Part shown: positions 27,074 through 39,155 of the stretch, one piece after another
Layout: every line of letters starts with the position of its first letter
Position numbering within the stretch: the stretch's first letter is position 1
Assembly: GCA_043228905.1 (NCBI GenBank)
Contig: JBHGNT010000003.1
Coordinates: forward strand, 3,472,001-3,536,000
Direction: 5' to 3'
Length of the DNA: 64,000 bases
Origin: Azolla caroliniana
Lineage: Eukaryota > Plantae > Polypodiophyta
Translations under genes and position numbers: made by a program
The notes under the pieces: generated by a model
Databases searched by the model: none
What the model was told of the DNA's origin: nothing
Seen by the model: only the letters and a program-made list of their open reading frames with translations

Positions 27074-30000
27074 TGATGGACCTGTAAGATCATGGATGCA
27101 TGAATTCCCTTTCCTCATTCCCTACTCTATGTAAACAACAATGTAGTACTAAAAAAGAGAAAGAATATAAATAAGTTAATTATTGTTCTTATTATGGTTA
27201 AGCACATAACTGTTAAGTTTTTTTTAAAGTAATAATCACACACCATCTCATGGAGGGATCAACTACCCTTTGTGAGCAATCAATCGTAATTCAAATAAGA
27301 TTGCTGTAAGGTAATCAATACTAAAGTAAAAAGGAAACTTGCATGTCATACCCTCCCCTAAGTAGGAGGTCGCTTTCATGCCATGTGCCCTTATTAGGTT
27401 GGAAGATTTCTATGGTCACCCACAAGTACCTCGAACCTACAACAATGATCCATTCCTAGTACTCTAGCATTCTAACACAATGGATTCCATTTGATATAGG
27501 TGATGACACTTAAACAACGAACAATTGTTGCCACAACACATGTTCCTACGCACAACACATTTGCATGTAGTACCACTAACAATTCATAGGTAATTATCAT
27601 TATCTCCTTGGACAATTGATTTTTTGGAGGCTTTAACTTTCCTATTCGCCTTAGTATTAGTATTCTTGTTAGGGTTCAAGTTTAGGCTTAGGTTGTGGAT
27701 ATACTTATGGTTAGTGTTCGGGTTATGGTTAGGGAATTACATGCATGTTAGACTTAGTGTTAGGAGTAAGATTAGGATTAGGGTTTATATATTGTTGCAT
27801 CTTGTATTAGATTTAATATTTTATAGCATTTTTGCATGCTTGTAACATTGTCCTAACAATGTTGTTTAAAGATCATGTCAAATTTGTTCATCAATCCCTA
27901 AAGGAGAGCACAACATAAAAAATTGAACACAACTTCACAAGATCCCATGACTCTATGAGGAGCCCTTACTCCGTCAAAAATTTCATTGATTAATTCTTGG
28001 GACCATCTATTCAATCACTCCCATCACTTGACAAGGTGGTGCTATGGGAGTCTACTTTTAGAGTACTAGACGTCGGAGCAAAATGGTCACCATTGAAAAG
28101 AGCGGTATGATTGACACAACTAGAACCCTTACTCAACGATATGTTATGTGTTTATTGCTTAAATTATAATGTTTGTATTTGTGCTATAAATCTTTTCTGT
28201 GTGCTATTTGTAAGCTACTTTAAATCTTTAATTTTTCTAGTTTGCCATGTTAGTATTAGGTGCTTAGATACTTATTCTTAGGTACTTGGGACTATTGAAT
28301 TATTTGTAGTGATTTTAAGATATTTGATTCAAGAGTATTTTGGCCCTTCATGAATTTTGTACTCTTTTAATTAAATGCATGGATTAAGTCGTAAGATATT
28401 TTAAAGACATTCCTTAATTAGAATAAGGTAGAGAGTAGTTAAAAGTTGTTCACAAATGTAGAGACACCAACTACTTAGGTTGAACCAAATACTAAAGCAA
28501 ACTATAAACTTAATCAACAACCCAATTACATGAAAAAGATTAATCAAATACTTACATGTGATGCTTCGCAATTGAGCACTCAATAGAAGAGCTCATGGCG
28601 AGTATTCACAATCAAGACTTTACTTCCTTAGTTTGTGCTTAATTCAAATATAACTTATGAGAATAGTTAGTTACACTCACATTCATAGAGAAGATAATTA
28701 GATTTGAGAGAAAAGGGCTAAGTTTTAAAAACAAAGATGGATATAAAACAAAGTATAAATTTAGCTTTAATCTTCATTCTTATTTAACCAAATTATATTT
28801 CCCTTCGCACTAGGTGGAGGTTTATAGATATTACCTGGACATCCCGTTACAAGGTTAGTCTCTCTCTAAGAAGACTCTGGAGGATACAACCAATTTTGGC
28901 ACCATTGTTGAATGTTAAATGTAGTGACTAACAAGTGCTAGCTAAAATTATGGTAGAGATTTGAGTAGTTCAAGATGAAAAAATAATAATGAAAGAAAGC
29001 AAAAGAAAAAGATCAACAATCATTATACAAAAAATCAACAACAAAATGGGGACACAAGCAATGATGCCAGTTCCAGCTTGTTTTCTAAAGAGTTTTTGAT
29101 CTTTACCTCCAAAGTCAACACACAAACTCACTATTGGTATGGGAGTACTCAAACTTTGCACATTGCATGTCACTTATATCCTTTCTTTTGTTATGAAAAC
29201 TACAACTTCTATAGCAATAAATAACAATGATTACATTTGAGTATTATAGATCTTCTATAGTTTACCCTAAATCTTCTAAACATGCTTGGCCAAAAGCACA
29301 GTAAAGCAAAATTTGACAATAGTATCAATCAAGAATCCATGAAATCTGATAAAACAAAGTAAACAGAACAAGTTTTTTTATACTATCACATTGGAGAAAT
29401 CGTTTTCATGTAGCTCACAAAAGGATCGCTTTGTATGCAAATATAGAAATTGATAGATGTGGCCAGTGTCACCCTGCAAAATGTAAAAACACTTTTTTTA
29501 TCTCTCTTTGGATATCAATTTATTAACACCAGACAATTAACTGTCTTAAATTTGGGAGAATCCAGGTTCAATCCTTGGGCTCAGCCCATGAATGCCAATG
29601 CAAAGTATTTTTTAAGAGAACTACCTAAATCTGAATGTTCAAGAATTATCCAAAACCATTAGGTTAGATGCCATTCTTGAACAAATTGTAATGTAATGAG
29701 TCCTCATAGAATTAGGGATTCTCGATCTCACTAGTCTCCCTAGTGGTAAGACAAATTTGTACTAACCCATGCACCCAGGGTATGTGTACTACCATCTAGA
29801 ACCTCAAGAAGATGCTGAATTTGGACTGGATAAATAAATACTTCCACACTATCAACTTGGAAGGATCTAATAATCCAACCTTGTACTCAAGGGCGAGCTT
29901 CAAATTCTAAACAAAGGACAAGCTGGGCCTTCTCGTGACAGCTCTGTTGAAGAATTATGACTTCAACAAGAGGAAGCACTTTGTCCAACCAGAGTGGCTT

Positions 30001-30604
30001 TCCTAAATGACCTACGACACTAGCAGATGATAAAACATACGAGAGTTGTCTTGGTTTTCCCAAGAAACTACTTGCGAACAACTGTAGTAGAAAGAAAGAA
30101 AGATATCTTAATGTCTTTTAAGAGACCAAATGGCCTGTAGATCAAACACGAGATTATATCTGAAGTGTTGTCTCATCTTTGAGAACAACAAACGAAAATA
30201 AATGTTGCTAAGTAAAAAAAACGTAATAAGAAAAAAACTTGGTAAATGTAAAATTCTAACATCAAATATATTGTAAGTTTATTCTTAAGATCTCTAGCGT
30301 AGGTAGATCCAGAATAGAGAGGTCTCCAAAGCGATGGAAGCACCTGTGATGGCGGGAGATGATGGTTTTTATCTATCGATGACAAGGGGGGTAAGATCGA
30401 GGTCCCTTAGGCCGATCTATTCTAACCCCTTTGTTATGTCCTGCTCAGGAGCCCATTTGCATAGCTCATGATTGACTTGTAGCATGAGTACGGGTTTGTT
30501 GCTAAAGAAAGTTGTGATCGTTCTTTGAGGCTGAACTTGTGTAGCTGTATTGTTGTCCTTCAACAACTTTGTTCTAGCAAGGAAAGCCGCAAGCACTGTT
30601 GGTC

Positions 30605-31293
30605 TAGGGATCGGCAACAGCTCGGCTCAAGCCTAAACCAGTTTTAAACGGCTTAGCGGCTTGGTTTAGTTTTGAGCCAACCTAAAAGGTTTGAGCTCGG
30701 CTTGGCTTGAACCTTGCCAAACCGGCTCAAACCGTTGAAGCCGTTTATGTGATTTAAGAATTAGGGTTTAGAAAGTTAGAACTTGAAAGTTGATAGAGAG
30801 ACTGACAGACAGGAAGCCATAGGCAACAGACTGTTGAGTGATGAGAGAGGGAGGGACAAAGAGGGAGAGGGAACCTGCATAGTGGATGATCAGAGGACCT
30901 CCTTAATGGTATATACATTGTTTGGAGAAGGATTGGATCACCGAACAGGTCGCCATAGCCTTAGGGCTTGTGGTCTAAGGCTATGGTTTAGGTGGTGGGA
31001 GGCAGGGGATTCGTGGATGTCAGCCGATCAATCATAGTAGTATACAGAGAGGGAGTCATGGAGGTGGGACTTGGGGTTGAATTTGAATTCATCTGTGGTA
31101 AGGCCGACGGGTTGGGAGTTATGAGGAGGAAGTAGTACTAGTGTTTTTTGGGTTTTATCAGCTTTTTTGTCCCAAACCACTTCACAAACCGGTTTAACGA
31201 TCGGTTTGGTTTGGTTTGGTTCAGGTTTGAGAACCCCAAAATGGTTTAGAAGCCAAACCGGTTAAGCCTAAACTAAACCGTTGCCGATTCCTG
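30605..31293. mobile_element. Non-autonomous hAT-type element (family A) with a perfect 8-bp TSD
   Basis: TIRs tagggatcggcaac / gttgccgattcctg. TSD tgttggtc at 30597-30604 and 31294-31301. Confidence 0.92.
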
Positions 31294-31809
31294 TGTTGGT
31301 CCTCACGTTCCATTACCTTGTGTGGTGGGCCAACGCCTTGCTTAAAAAGGCAATGGTATCTCCCAAAACACAAAATCCAATATCCTGGTCAAGCAATGTT
31401 AACTATTCACTATGATCTGTGGATGTCACCCCAGTAGGTGTGGGCTTAACCATGGCATGATTGCTATCATGGAATGAGCACATTGTGGCAGCGGAGGTGA
31501 CCACTTCAGTTCTGAGAATGGGTATCCCACATTGTCTGAGAACAAGCACATTGTGGAAGCAGAGGAGACCATTTCAGTTCTGAGATGGAAATCTGAAAAG
31601 TGCTCTATTTTAGGTTATGGTGGTTCAGCAATTCTTAACGCACTCACGAATACGTGAAAGGCTGCGATGAGTGCCAAAGGACTAAATAACCTTTGGTTCT
31701 CTTTTAGAGTTAGTGAACGATCAAGATTCAAATTCTTTGAATGAGGTAGTAGAGCACTTGTTGAGTGAATTCACGGGGCTTCATAACAAAAGCATATTGT
31801 GTGTAATGG

Positions 31810-31990
31810 TGTCATGATGTGGCAGGTCCTAAGTTAGAAATAAATAAAAAGGAGAAAAGGACAACCATATTAAATGTAAATATGGATAAAATTGAAATAT
31901 AATAGCAAAACTTAGGTTGCCTAGTAGTTATGGCCGTTGACTTTATACAAAGGGGTACAAAGTTCAAATTTTTGCTAGCGCGATGAAGCC
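31810..31990 (+). mobile_element. Truncated LTR 5' end (family T1) containing a decayed tRNA-like cassette
   Basis: TGTCATGATGTGGCAGGTCC start is homologous to the LTRs starting at 37247(-) and 37279(+). The cassette ttgcctagtagttatggccgttgactttatacaaag...agttcaaattt lies at ~31917-31975. Confidence 0.7.
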
Positions 31991-32039
31991 CATTGTCAGA
32001 TGATTCAGCTTTGGCGGAAAGCGAGGCCTACGACTTGGA

Positions 32040-32920
32040 AGCACGATGGAAAGGAGGAGATGAGTAAGCATGGGGCCAAGACCAATGATGTGACTGTGAT
32101 AGAAGGACCAGCTGGGGGTTCAGCAATTGATGAGCTCACAAAGATGGTGAGAGACCTCCAAATAGCCCAAGCAAGGATAGATGGTGGGCGCCCTCCTCAA
32201 GATTGACACCACACGTGCGGGCGTACATGTGGTGTGACAACCTTGACCATGAAAGGAATGTGAGGATTTTAGCAATAGGGTCCACTCAACGAAGACGAGG
32301 CACACCTTGGATTTAAACTCCATCCAAGGGAACATGAAGAGGCCAAGGCGTGAAATGTCAAGGCTATCCACTCCTTAGCATCAATTGGGATCCGAGTAGG
32401 GAAAGAGGTGCAAAGGCAACATGAGAACGAAGCTGAATGTTGGCCATCCATCCTCGGGAAGTTCGGAAGAAGGAAGCAGATCAAGCTGAAAAGACAATCC
32501 AAAAAGTAACCGGATGGAAGGATCTAATAGAAGAGCAGACGGAATTAGTGGAAGCCGCCTGCTAAAACCACAAAATTTTGGTTGAAGAAATGAGAGTAGG
32601 GAAGGATGGGGGAGCCGGGCCCTTGAAGAGGTTAGGCACCCTAGATGCTTGAAGGAGGAAGGAGTTAGTTCCAGGCCTAGCACACAACGAGAAAGGAAAA
32701 GAGAAGGGCAGTGCGACCTTCAAGTTTTGCTCCGAGACTTATAGCAAACAGCAGATTTGATGCAAGCGATGGAGGAAAGCATCTTCAATAGTAGTCAAGT
32801 AGAGTTCACTCTACAAGAGATCCTCGGTATCGCAAAGAAGGAATGCCACAAATTCATCATTGACTAAATAAAAAGGAAGCGACACTCAACCGGCCTAGAA
32901 GGGGCCCAGACCTATGAACG
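32040..32920 (+). mobile_element. Decayed Gypsy gag fragment of the same lineage as 55753-57623
   Basis: GGSAIDELTKMVRDLQIAQAR.DGG matches GGATLEELMRMVKDLQIAQAQRDGG. EFTLQEILGIAKKE matches ELSLREVFGIAKKE. Confidence 0.8.
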
Positions 32921-33318
32921 TGAATGCGGTGGCAACCTAGTAGTGGAAGGCTTTAACAATTCTTTCTCACTGAACTTACTAATATTGTTTTCATGTTATA
33001 AACACAGTTATCTTTGTAGCTAATTTCAAAACATCATGCACCCAAGCACATTTTCCAAAATCCTCAAACAAAAAATCAAGGTAGTGACAAGTGTTTCTAG
33101 TAAAAAAGATTAAGGGCTACTCTCTCTATCATCCTCCTAGCTGCCACATAATTTGTTGTATTGTCCATACATACAATTGATGGGCCAATCTCAAGAATAA
33201 CATCTTTTAAAATCTTAAAGATATATTCTCTTGATTTACATTCTCCACTAGTGTCAACTGATTTTAGAAACGGAGTGCCATATGCTTAAGTAGCCATGAC
33301 ATTAATTATAAGCTTATT

Positions 33319-33892
33319 CATAGATTGACACATGCGTGATATTCGCAATATTCGAGAATAAGAAATGGTTCCAAGAATATTATAAAACCATTCGATTTGT
33401 AAAAGAAATTTCATAATAAAAATTAATTAATTCACTAAAAAAGAATAATCACTCATTAATAGATTATAGAAATTAGTATTAAGTCCCCTTTTTAGTGTGA
33501 AATAAAAATATCCACAAAATTTGGGAGACTAAAAAGGGGGGAGTTTATGAACCTTTATTTATTTATTTTATATTTTCTTTCAATGAATATTTTTACATCT
33601 ATTATAGAAATATGATTAGTGCCAAGTTCCTTTTTAATGACAAATACAAATATTCACAAATTTTGGGAGAGGAAAAAGGGGGAGTTAATGAACCTCTTCT
33701 TTTTTTGAAAAAAAGAATACTTTTACATCTATTATAAAAATATGATTGGTGTCAAGTCCCTTTTTTTATATCTGGGAGACTAAAAAGGAGGGAGTTTATG
33801 AACTCTCTTTTTTTCACGAATACTTTTCCATGCATTCATATTCGTATGAACTCGTGGGGGAGGCCCCACGAATGCAAAAATGTCAATCTATG
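33319..33892. mobile_element. Non-autonomous DNA transposon family B (TIR CATAGATTGACA), probably hAT
   Basis: Perfect 12-bp TIRs, degenerate 8-bp flanks agcttatt/ggtctatt, and internal ~120-bp repeats. Confidence 0.8.
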
Positions 33893-34094
33893 GGTCTATT
33901 CTTGGTATTTGCCCAACCATCATTGACAATAGTACATCCAACAATTGTCAATTTTTCTCTAACTCACATTTTCAACATGTTTTACCTCCTGATTCAAGTG
34001 CCTTCTACGTAATTTGATTAGGAGATGGTTACTTATAAGAACGCCCACCAAGTGCTACTACTTTTATCATGTCATGAGAATATGCACTTCCCAC

Positions 34095-35399
34095 CATAGA
34101 TTGACACATATGATATTTGTTAGAAATATTGAGAATCAATTAGATAGGTATATAGAGTTATAATCACAGATATGGATATATGAAAACAAAACTTCTATTA
34201 CATATAACAGTAGCTCACAATGGTAGTTCACCCATGCGCTCACACCTTAGAGCTTAGATGGGATTTGGACCAGCTCACTACAAAATTAGTAGGGGGTGAT
34301 GATCGTCACACCACTGTGTGAAAGAATGGATTATATTCTCTGTTTGGTCTAAGTGTAGCATTAAATGTGCATGTCAATTGATAGTAGTAGAGATATTCCT
34401 TTTCTGCCAACTGACTTGTCATTTAATATGACCTAGCTCCATAGATACAAACTAGTTTTAGATAGTACTTATCTTAAAGGCAATGGCACATACTTCAAGA
34501 CTAAAAGTACATTGTAACTTGCCCACAAAATATTCTTCTAGTTGACTTGATTAGACAATCCTATTAGCCTACTTTGCTCTTTCCTAAATACATTGTGTCC
34601 TACGCATCTACTGTTTCCTAGATTGACACCTTATTGACCCATATAGTCAAGTTACACAATAGTTACTCCTCATTTGGGGCGTTATCACAAAATGTGCATT
34701 CTAAGAGTACATATGGGGATAAATTTACAACTTGGGGTTGATCATTGATTATATTCAATATATTCGCGATATTCTTCATGCGTGATATTAGCAATATTCA
34801 AGAATAAGAAATGGCCCCAAGAATATTACAAAACCATTCATTAAGCAAAAAAATTTACATAATAAAAATTAATTAATTCACTCAAAAAGAACAATCACGC
34901 ATTGATAGATTATAGAAATTTGATTAGTGTCAAGTCCCCTTTTTAGCGTCAATTAAAAATATTCACAAAATTTTGGAAGACTAAAAAGGGGGGAATTTGT
35001 GTACCTTTATTTTATTTTTTATTTTTTAAAGAAACGAATATTTTTACATCTATTATAGAAACGTGATTAGTGTCAAGTAATCTTTTTAATGTCAAATAAA
35101 AATATCCATAAATTTTGGGAGAGTAAAAAGGGGGGAGTTAATGAACCTTTATTTTATCTTTTTATTTTTTATTTTTTTATTTGCTTAAACGAATACTTTT
35201 ACATCTATTATAAACATATGGTTAAGTGTCAAGTCCCCTTTTTATTGTCAAGTAGAAATATCCTCTGGGAGACTAAAATGGCGGGCATTTATGAACCTTT
35301 TTTTTTTTTAACCTTTTCTTTTAACAAATACTTTTCATGCATTCGTATTCATATGCATTCATGGGGGAAGCCCTATGAATGCAAATATTTCAATCTATG
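34095..35399. mobile_element. Family B element interrupted by a solo-LTR-like insert
   Basis: catagattgaca ... tttcaatctatg, with flanks cttcccac/cttccggt. Colinear with 33319-33892 apart from the 34118-34760 insert. Confidence 0.8.
34118..34760. mobile_element. Probable solo LTR (643 bp)
   Basis: tgttaga...ttcaata (decayed TG..CA) with a tatt duplication. Absent from the sister family B copies. Confidence 0.6.
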
Positions 35400-36399
35400 C
35401 TTCCGGTACGTCCTCTACAAAAAAACCTCCTGATAGCTTCGTCTACATTTTTATCAAGTTGCTTTTGCCATGACACTTGTTAAGGGTTCCACATTGTCTA
35501 CTTTCATCTTTTTACTTGTTGATGCATTAACAAAAGATGATGAAGGCATTTCATTGATAAATGTTGACTCCACATTCTTAGCATTGCATTCCACTGATGA
35601 TTCCACATTCACATCAACATTTGCACAACTAATATCAGATACCATTTTTTGTACTTCAGTTTTTATGACAGCATCAATTCAATGGCATTTGTCAACACCT
35701 GAACCTTTCAAGACCAATAGGTGAGCTCTAATTCGAAAGGGGCCACTAACAAATACATGGTGTTAATGTTTACATTGAATGACATGCATACCCCTTATCA
35801 GGTTTTCTCACAACGGTCACATGATCCCATTCAAAGCCCTTTTGCTTCATCATTTTAGTAAATTAACCTCACACTAATATTAGAACTAGAATAGCAAAAG
35901 CTAAAACTATACCCATGCAAAGGTCTCAGCCTCAACATTGAGGTTATTCGACTCCTCTTCAATTGACATGAGTGTTTCCCCCTCCTCCCAAGCTTTTTGA
36001 GTTCTCTGTTCTTTTGACTTTCTATCTATTTCTGCATTTTTTCTTTCCTCCAATGTTGTTTCATAACAGACATGTAGCCTCGTTTGGATCTACGATATAT
36101 ATAGATATGGAAAATTATGTATTCATAGAGATACTTACAAGAAAAATAATAAATATCTAGCGCAAAGATATATGATATCATATAAATCCCAATGCTATAG
36201 ACTCCCTCCGAGTCATGAGTCACGCACTTGTTGTTATATAGGCTTCACACATAGGATGTAGGGGGGTTCTTCTTTGTTGTTCGTTCACTCGCGAGGTCAA
36301 TTGAAAAACATATAACAAATACTTTTACATCTATTTGTATTCGTATTCGTATGCATTCTTGGGGGAGGCCCTAAACATGTGAATATGTCAATCTATGGA

Positions 36400-37247
36400 T
36401 GTCGTATGAGAAGGGTCTTCTCACCTCTTCATAGGTTTCCTTGTATAAATTCTTGTTTATAGCATTTCAAAGATCAATCCGAGGTTTCTTTGGGCTTCTA
36501 GCTTGAAAATTTGGGGATATGATCTCTAGCCTCAGACAAGACAAAGAAAACAACAATATGAGGTGATCGAGCTTTGGTCTAGACCCAAGCCAAGCGAGGT
36601 TGTTGAGGTCTCGCCAATGTTTGACGACTATGACACCGTGAGTTGAAGTAGTGTCCTCAGGAGGAATAACTTTCCTTCCATGATCAAAGAGCCAATGAAT
36701 TAAACCCTTTTCTCCAAAACTGCCAACACGTCCAGCCCCTCAACGGTGAAAAAGAACACCCAAGAATAGTCATAGTAAGAAAAAGAGGTGGAGGAGAAGA
36801 AATGGTCCAACTTCCACTCTTGCTCACACCACTTACCAACCCCTATATCTCTCAAGAAGAAGAGAAAAATAAATAAAGTAAAATTTACCTTAAACACTAA
36901 AATTCCCCAAAAGTTGAACTCATTCCTCTCCCCCTTCTGAAAAAGTCGAACCCCAAAATGAGCCATCCTCCCTCTTTTTATAGAGAGAGAGGTGCTACAT
37001 TTTTGCACTAAATGCTTACATACCCCTTTTTACATCGAAAATATAAAAAGGAATAGTTCCCCTTTACGCACTAAGAGATTCAAACTCCTGCATCCCTTTG
37101 TACAAAGTCAATGGCCCTAACCACTAGGCTATTTACTTTTTGTTATCATATTTATATTTTTTATAGATACATATTTACATTTAATGTGGTTGTCCTACTT
37201 TCTCCCTTTTTATCTATTTTTACTTTAGGACCCACCACATCATGACA
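36400..37247 (-). mobile_element. LTR family T1, minus copy, preceded by a PPT-like tract and carrying a tRNA-like cassette
   Basis: Minus strand reads ggtgggggtcga|TGTCATGATGTGGTGGGTCC, with a TATA-like CTATAAAAAGAGGG at ~36970-36985. The distal end is approximate. Confidence 0.7.
37066..37136 (-). ncRNA. tRNA-derived Pol III-type cassette inside an LTR (pseudo-tRNA, not a functional tRNA call)
   Basis: TAGCCTAGTGGTTAGGGC (A box/D arm) ... GACTTTGTAC ... GGAGTTTGAATCTC (B box/T arm) at tRNA-like spacing. Confidence 0.65.
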
Positions 37248-37278
37248 TCGACCCCCACCAAACTTGTATGTCCTCCAG

Positions 37279-38161
37279 TGTCGTGATGTGGTGGGTCCGA
37301 AGGTAGAAATAGATAAACAAGGGGAAATTAGGACAGCCACATTAAATCTAAAGAAGTATATAAAAAATTTATAAATATAATAACAAAAAGTAAATAGCCT
37401 CATGGTGCAGAGTTCAAATCTTTTCTAGTGCTTTAAGAGGAATTGCATTTTCGATACAAAAAGGGGTAGGTAAGCATTTAATGCATAGATGCAATACCTC
37501 CCTCTCTTTAATAAAAGGGGAGGAGAGCTCATTTTGGGGTTCAATTTTTCTAGAAAGAGAGAGGAAGGAGTTTGACTTTTGAGGAGTTTTGGCATTTAAG
37601 GTATATTCCCCTTAACTTTTCTTCCCTTCTTCTCAAGGGATTTAGGAGTTGGTAAGTAGTGAGAGCAAAAGTAGAAGTTGGACTACCTCTTCTGCTCCAT
37701 TCTTGTTTCCTACTTCAACATTCTTCGATCTTTTTCTTCACTGTGAAGAGTTTTGCATGTTGGCTGCATTCGAGGGATGAGTTCAGTCCATCGACTACCG
37801 GTTGAAGAAGGGAGCATTAAGTGGCATAAGAACCCTAATCAACAAACAAGTGTCGTTGTCGAAAGTAGTCGAGACCTTGGTGACACCACCAAGATCGGAT
37901 CTTCACTGAAGTGACCACTCATCATTGTTATGCATTTGTTGGCCTCTTGAAACTTATTATCATTTTGTAAAAACCATTGTAATCATGGTGTTACCTTGGT
38001 GTACCCTATTCTATTAAAGGATTTCACTTTATAATAACATTTATTTGGTCTTAATCGTAGATATAGAGTTAAATTTGTGTGGTAAACCTTAATTGTGTGC
38101 TAATCACACCTTAGCCATTGTATGTGTGTGAGAGAGAGGAGAGAGGAGAGAAATCGTGACT
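37279..38161 (+). mobile_element. LTR family T1, plus copy, head-to-head with the minus copy
   Basis: TGTCGTGATGTGGTGGGTCC ... atcgtgact. Colinear reverse complement of 36700-37247. The tRNA cassette is internally deleted (tagcctcatggtgcagagttcaaatc, ~37395-37420). Confidence 0.7.
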
Positions 38162-38277
38162 AACACAAGGAGCCCACAAAAGCTACAAATCTACAAGAGG
38201 GCTGGATCCCCAATTCGCCCAAGCCCACAAGAGGTTCGAATCCCCGATTCATCAACTCCTTCCTTTAGTCTCTCAAT

Positions 38278-38811
38278 GGATATTTTTACTTGACAATAAA
38301 GAGGGAAATTGACACTAATCATATTTTAATAATAGATGTAAAAGTAATCGTTTCTTTTAATAAAAAAAATATAAAATAAAAGTGTATTAACTTCCCCCTT
38401 TTTAGTCTCCCAAATTTTGTGGATATTTTTGTTTTACATTAAAAAGGGGACTTGACCTAATCATGTTTCTATAATAGATGTAAAAATATTCATTTCCTTT
38501 AAAATATATATATATATAATATAAAAGGAATAGAATAAAATAAAGGTTCATAAACTCCCCCCTTTTTAGTCTTCCAGATTTTGTGGATATTTTTATTTGA
38601 CACTAAAAAGGGAACTTGACACTAATCATATTTCTATAATCTATTAATGACTGATTGTTCGTTTTTTAGTGAATTAATTCATTTTTATTATGTAAATTTA
38701 TTTTGCAAACGAATGGTTTTATAATATTCTTGGGGCCACTTCTTTATTCTCGAATATTGCAAATATCATGCATGGAGAATATCACAAATATCACGCATGT
38801 ATCAATCTATG
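38278..38811 (-). mobile_element. Family B element, inverted and truncated
   Basis: Reverse complement of 33319-33780 / 34770-35290, ending in atcaatctatg. A further family B end lies at 36318-36397. Confidence 0.8.
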
Positions 38812-39155
38812 GTTACTACCATTATAGAAACATACGCTTGTAAGTTACGCACTGCTCAATGGTGGAGACGTCCCTAACTTTGGCACTAGTTGTAAGCTAA
38901 AAAAGTATTATGGATCTTTGCTAAACAAGCTAAACAAAAATAACTAAACAAAGAAACCACATGAAATGCTAGGTTAGACGCAAATGCACTTTTGGGAGAT
39001 GTTATCATAAGGCAGGACTGGTGTGATTGAGGTCAACGTCTAATTTTGCTTTTTCAATGAGAAACTAATAACAAACATTGTAATAATAAACAAAGTTGTC
39101 AAAGAAAAGAAAAAGATAGAAGTACAACGAAGGGTATGCAAAGAAGAAAGAGCAT

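Noticed and set aside
38200-38255. GGTTCGAATCCC B-box as another tRNA/SINE
   Set aside because: No A box or D arm at a suitable distance; it lies in a short local repeat.
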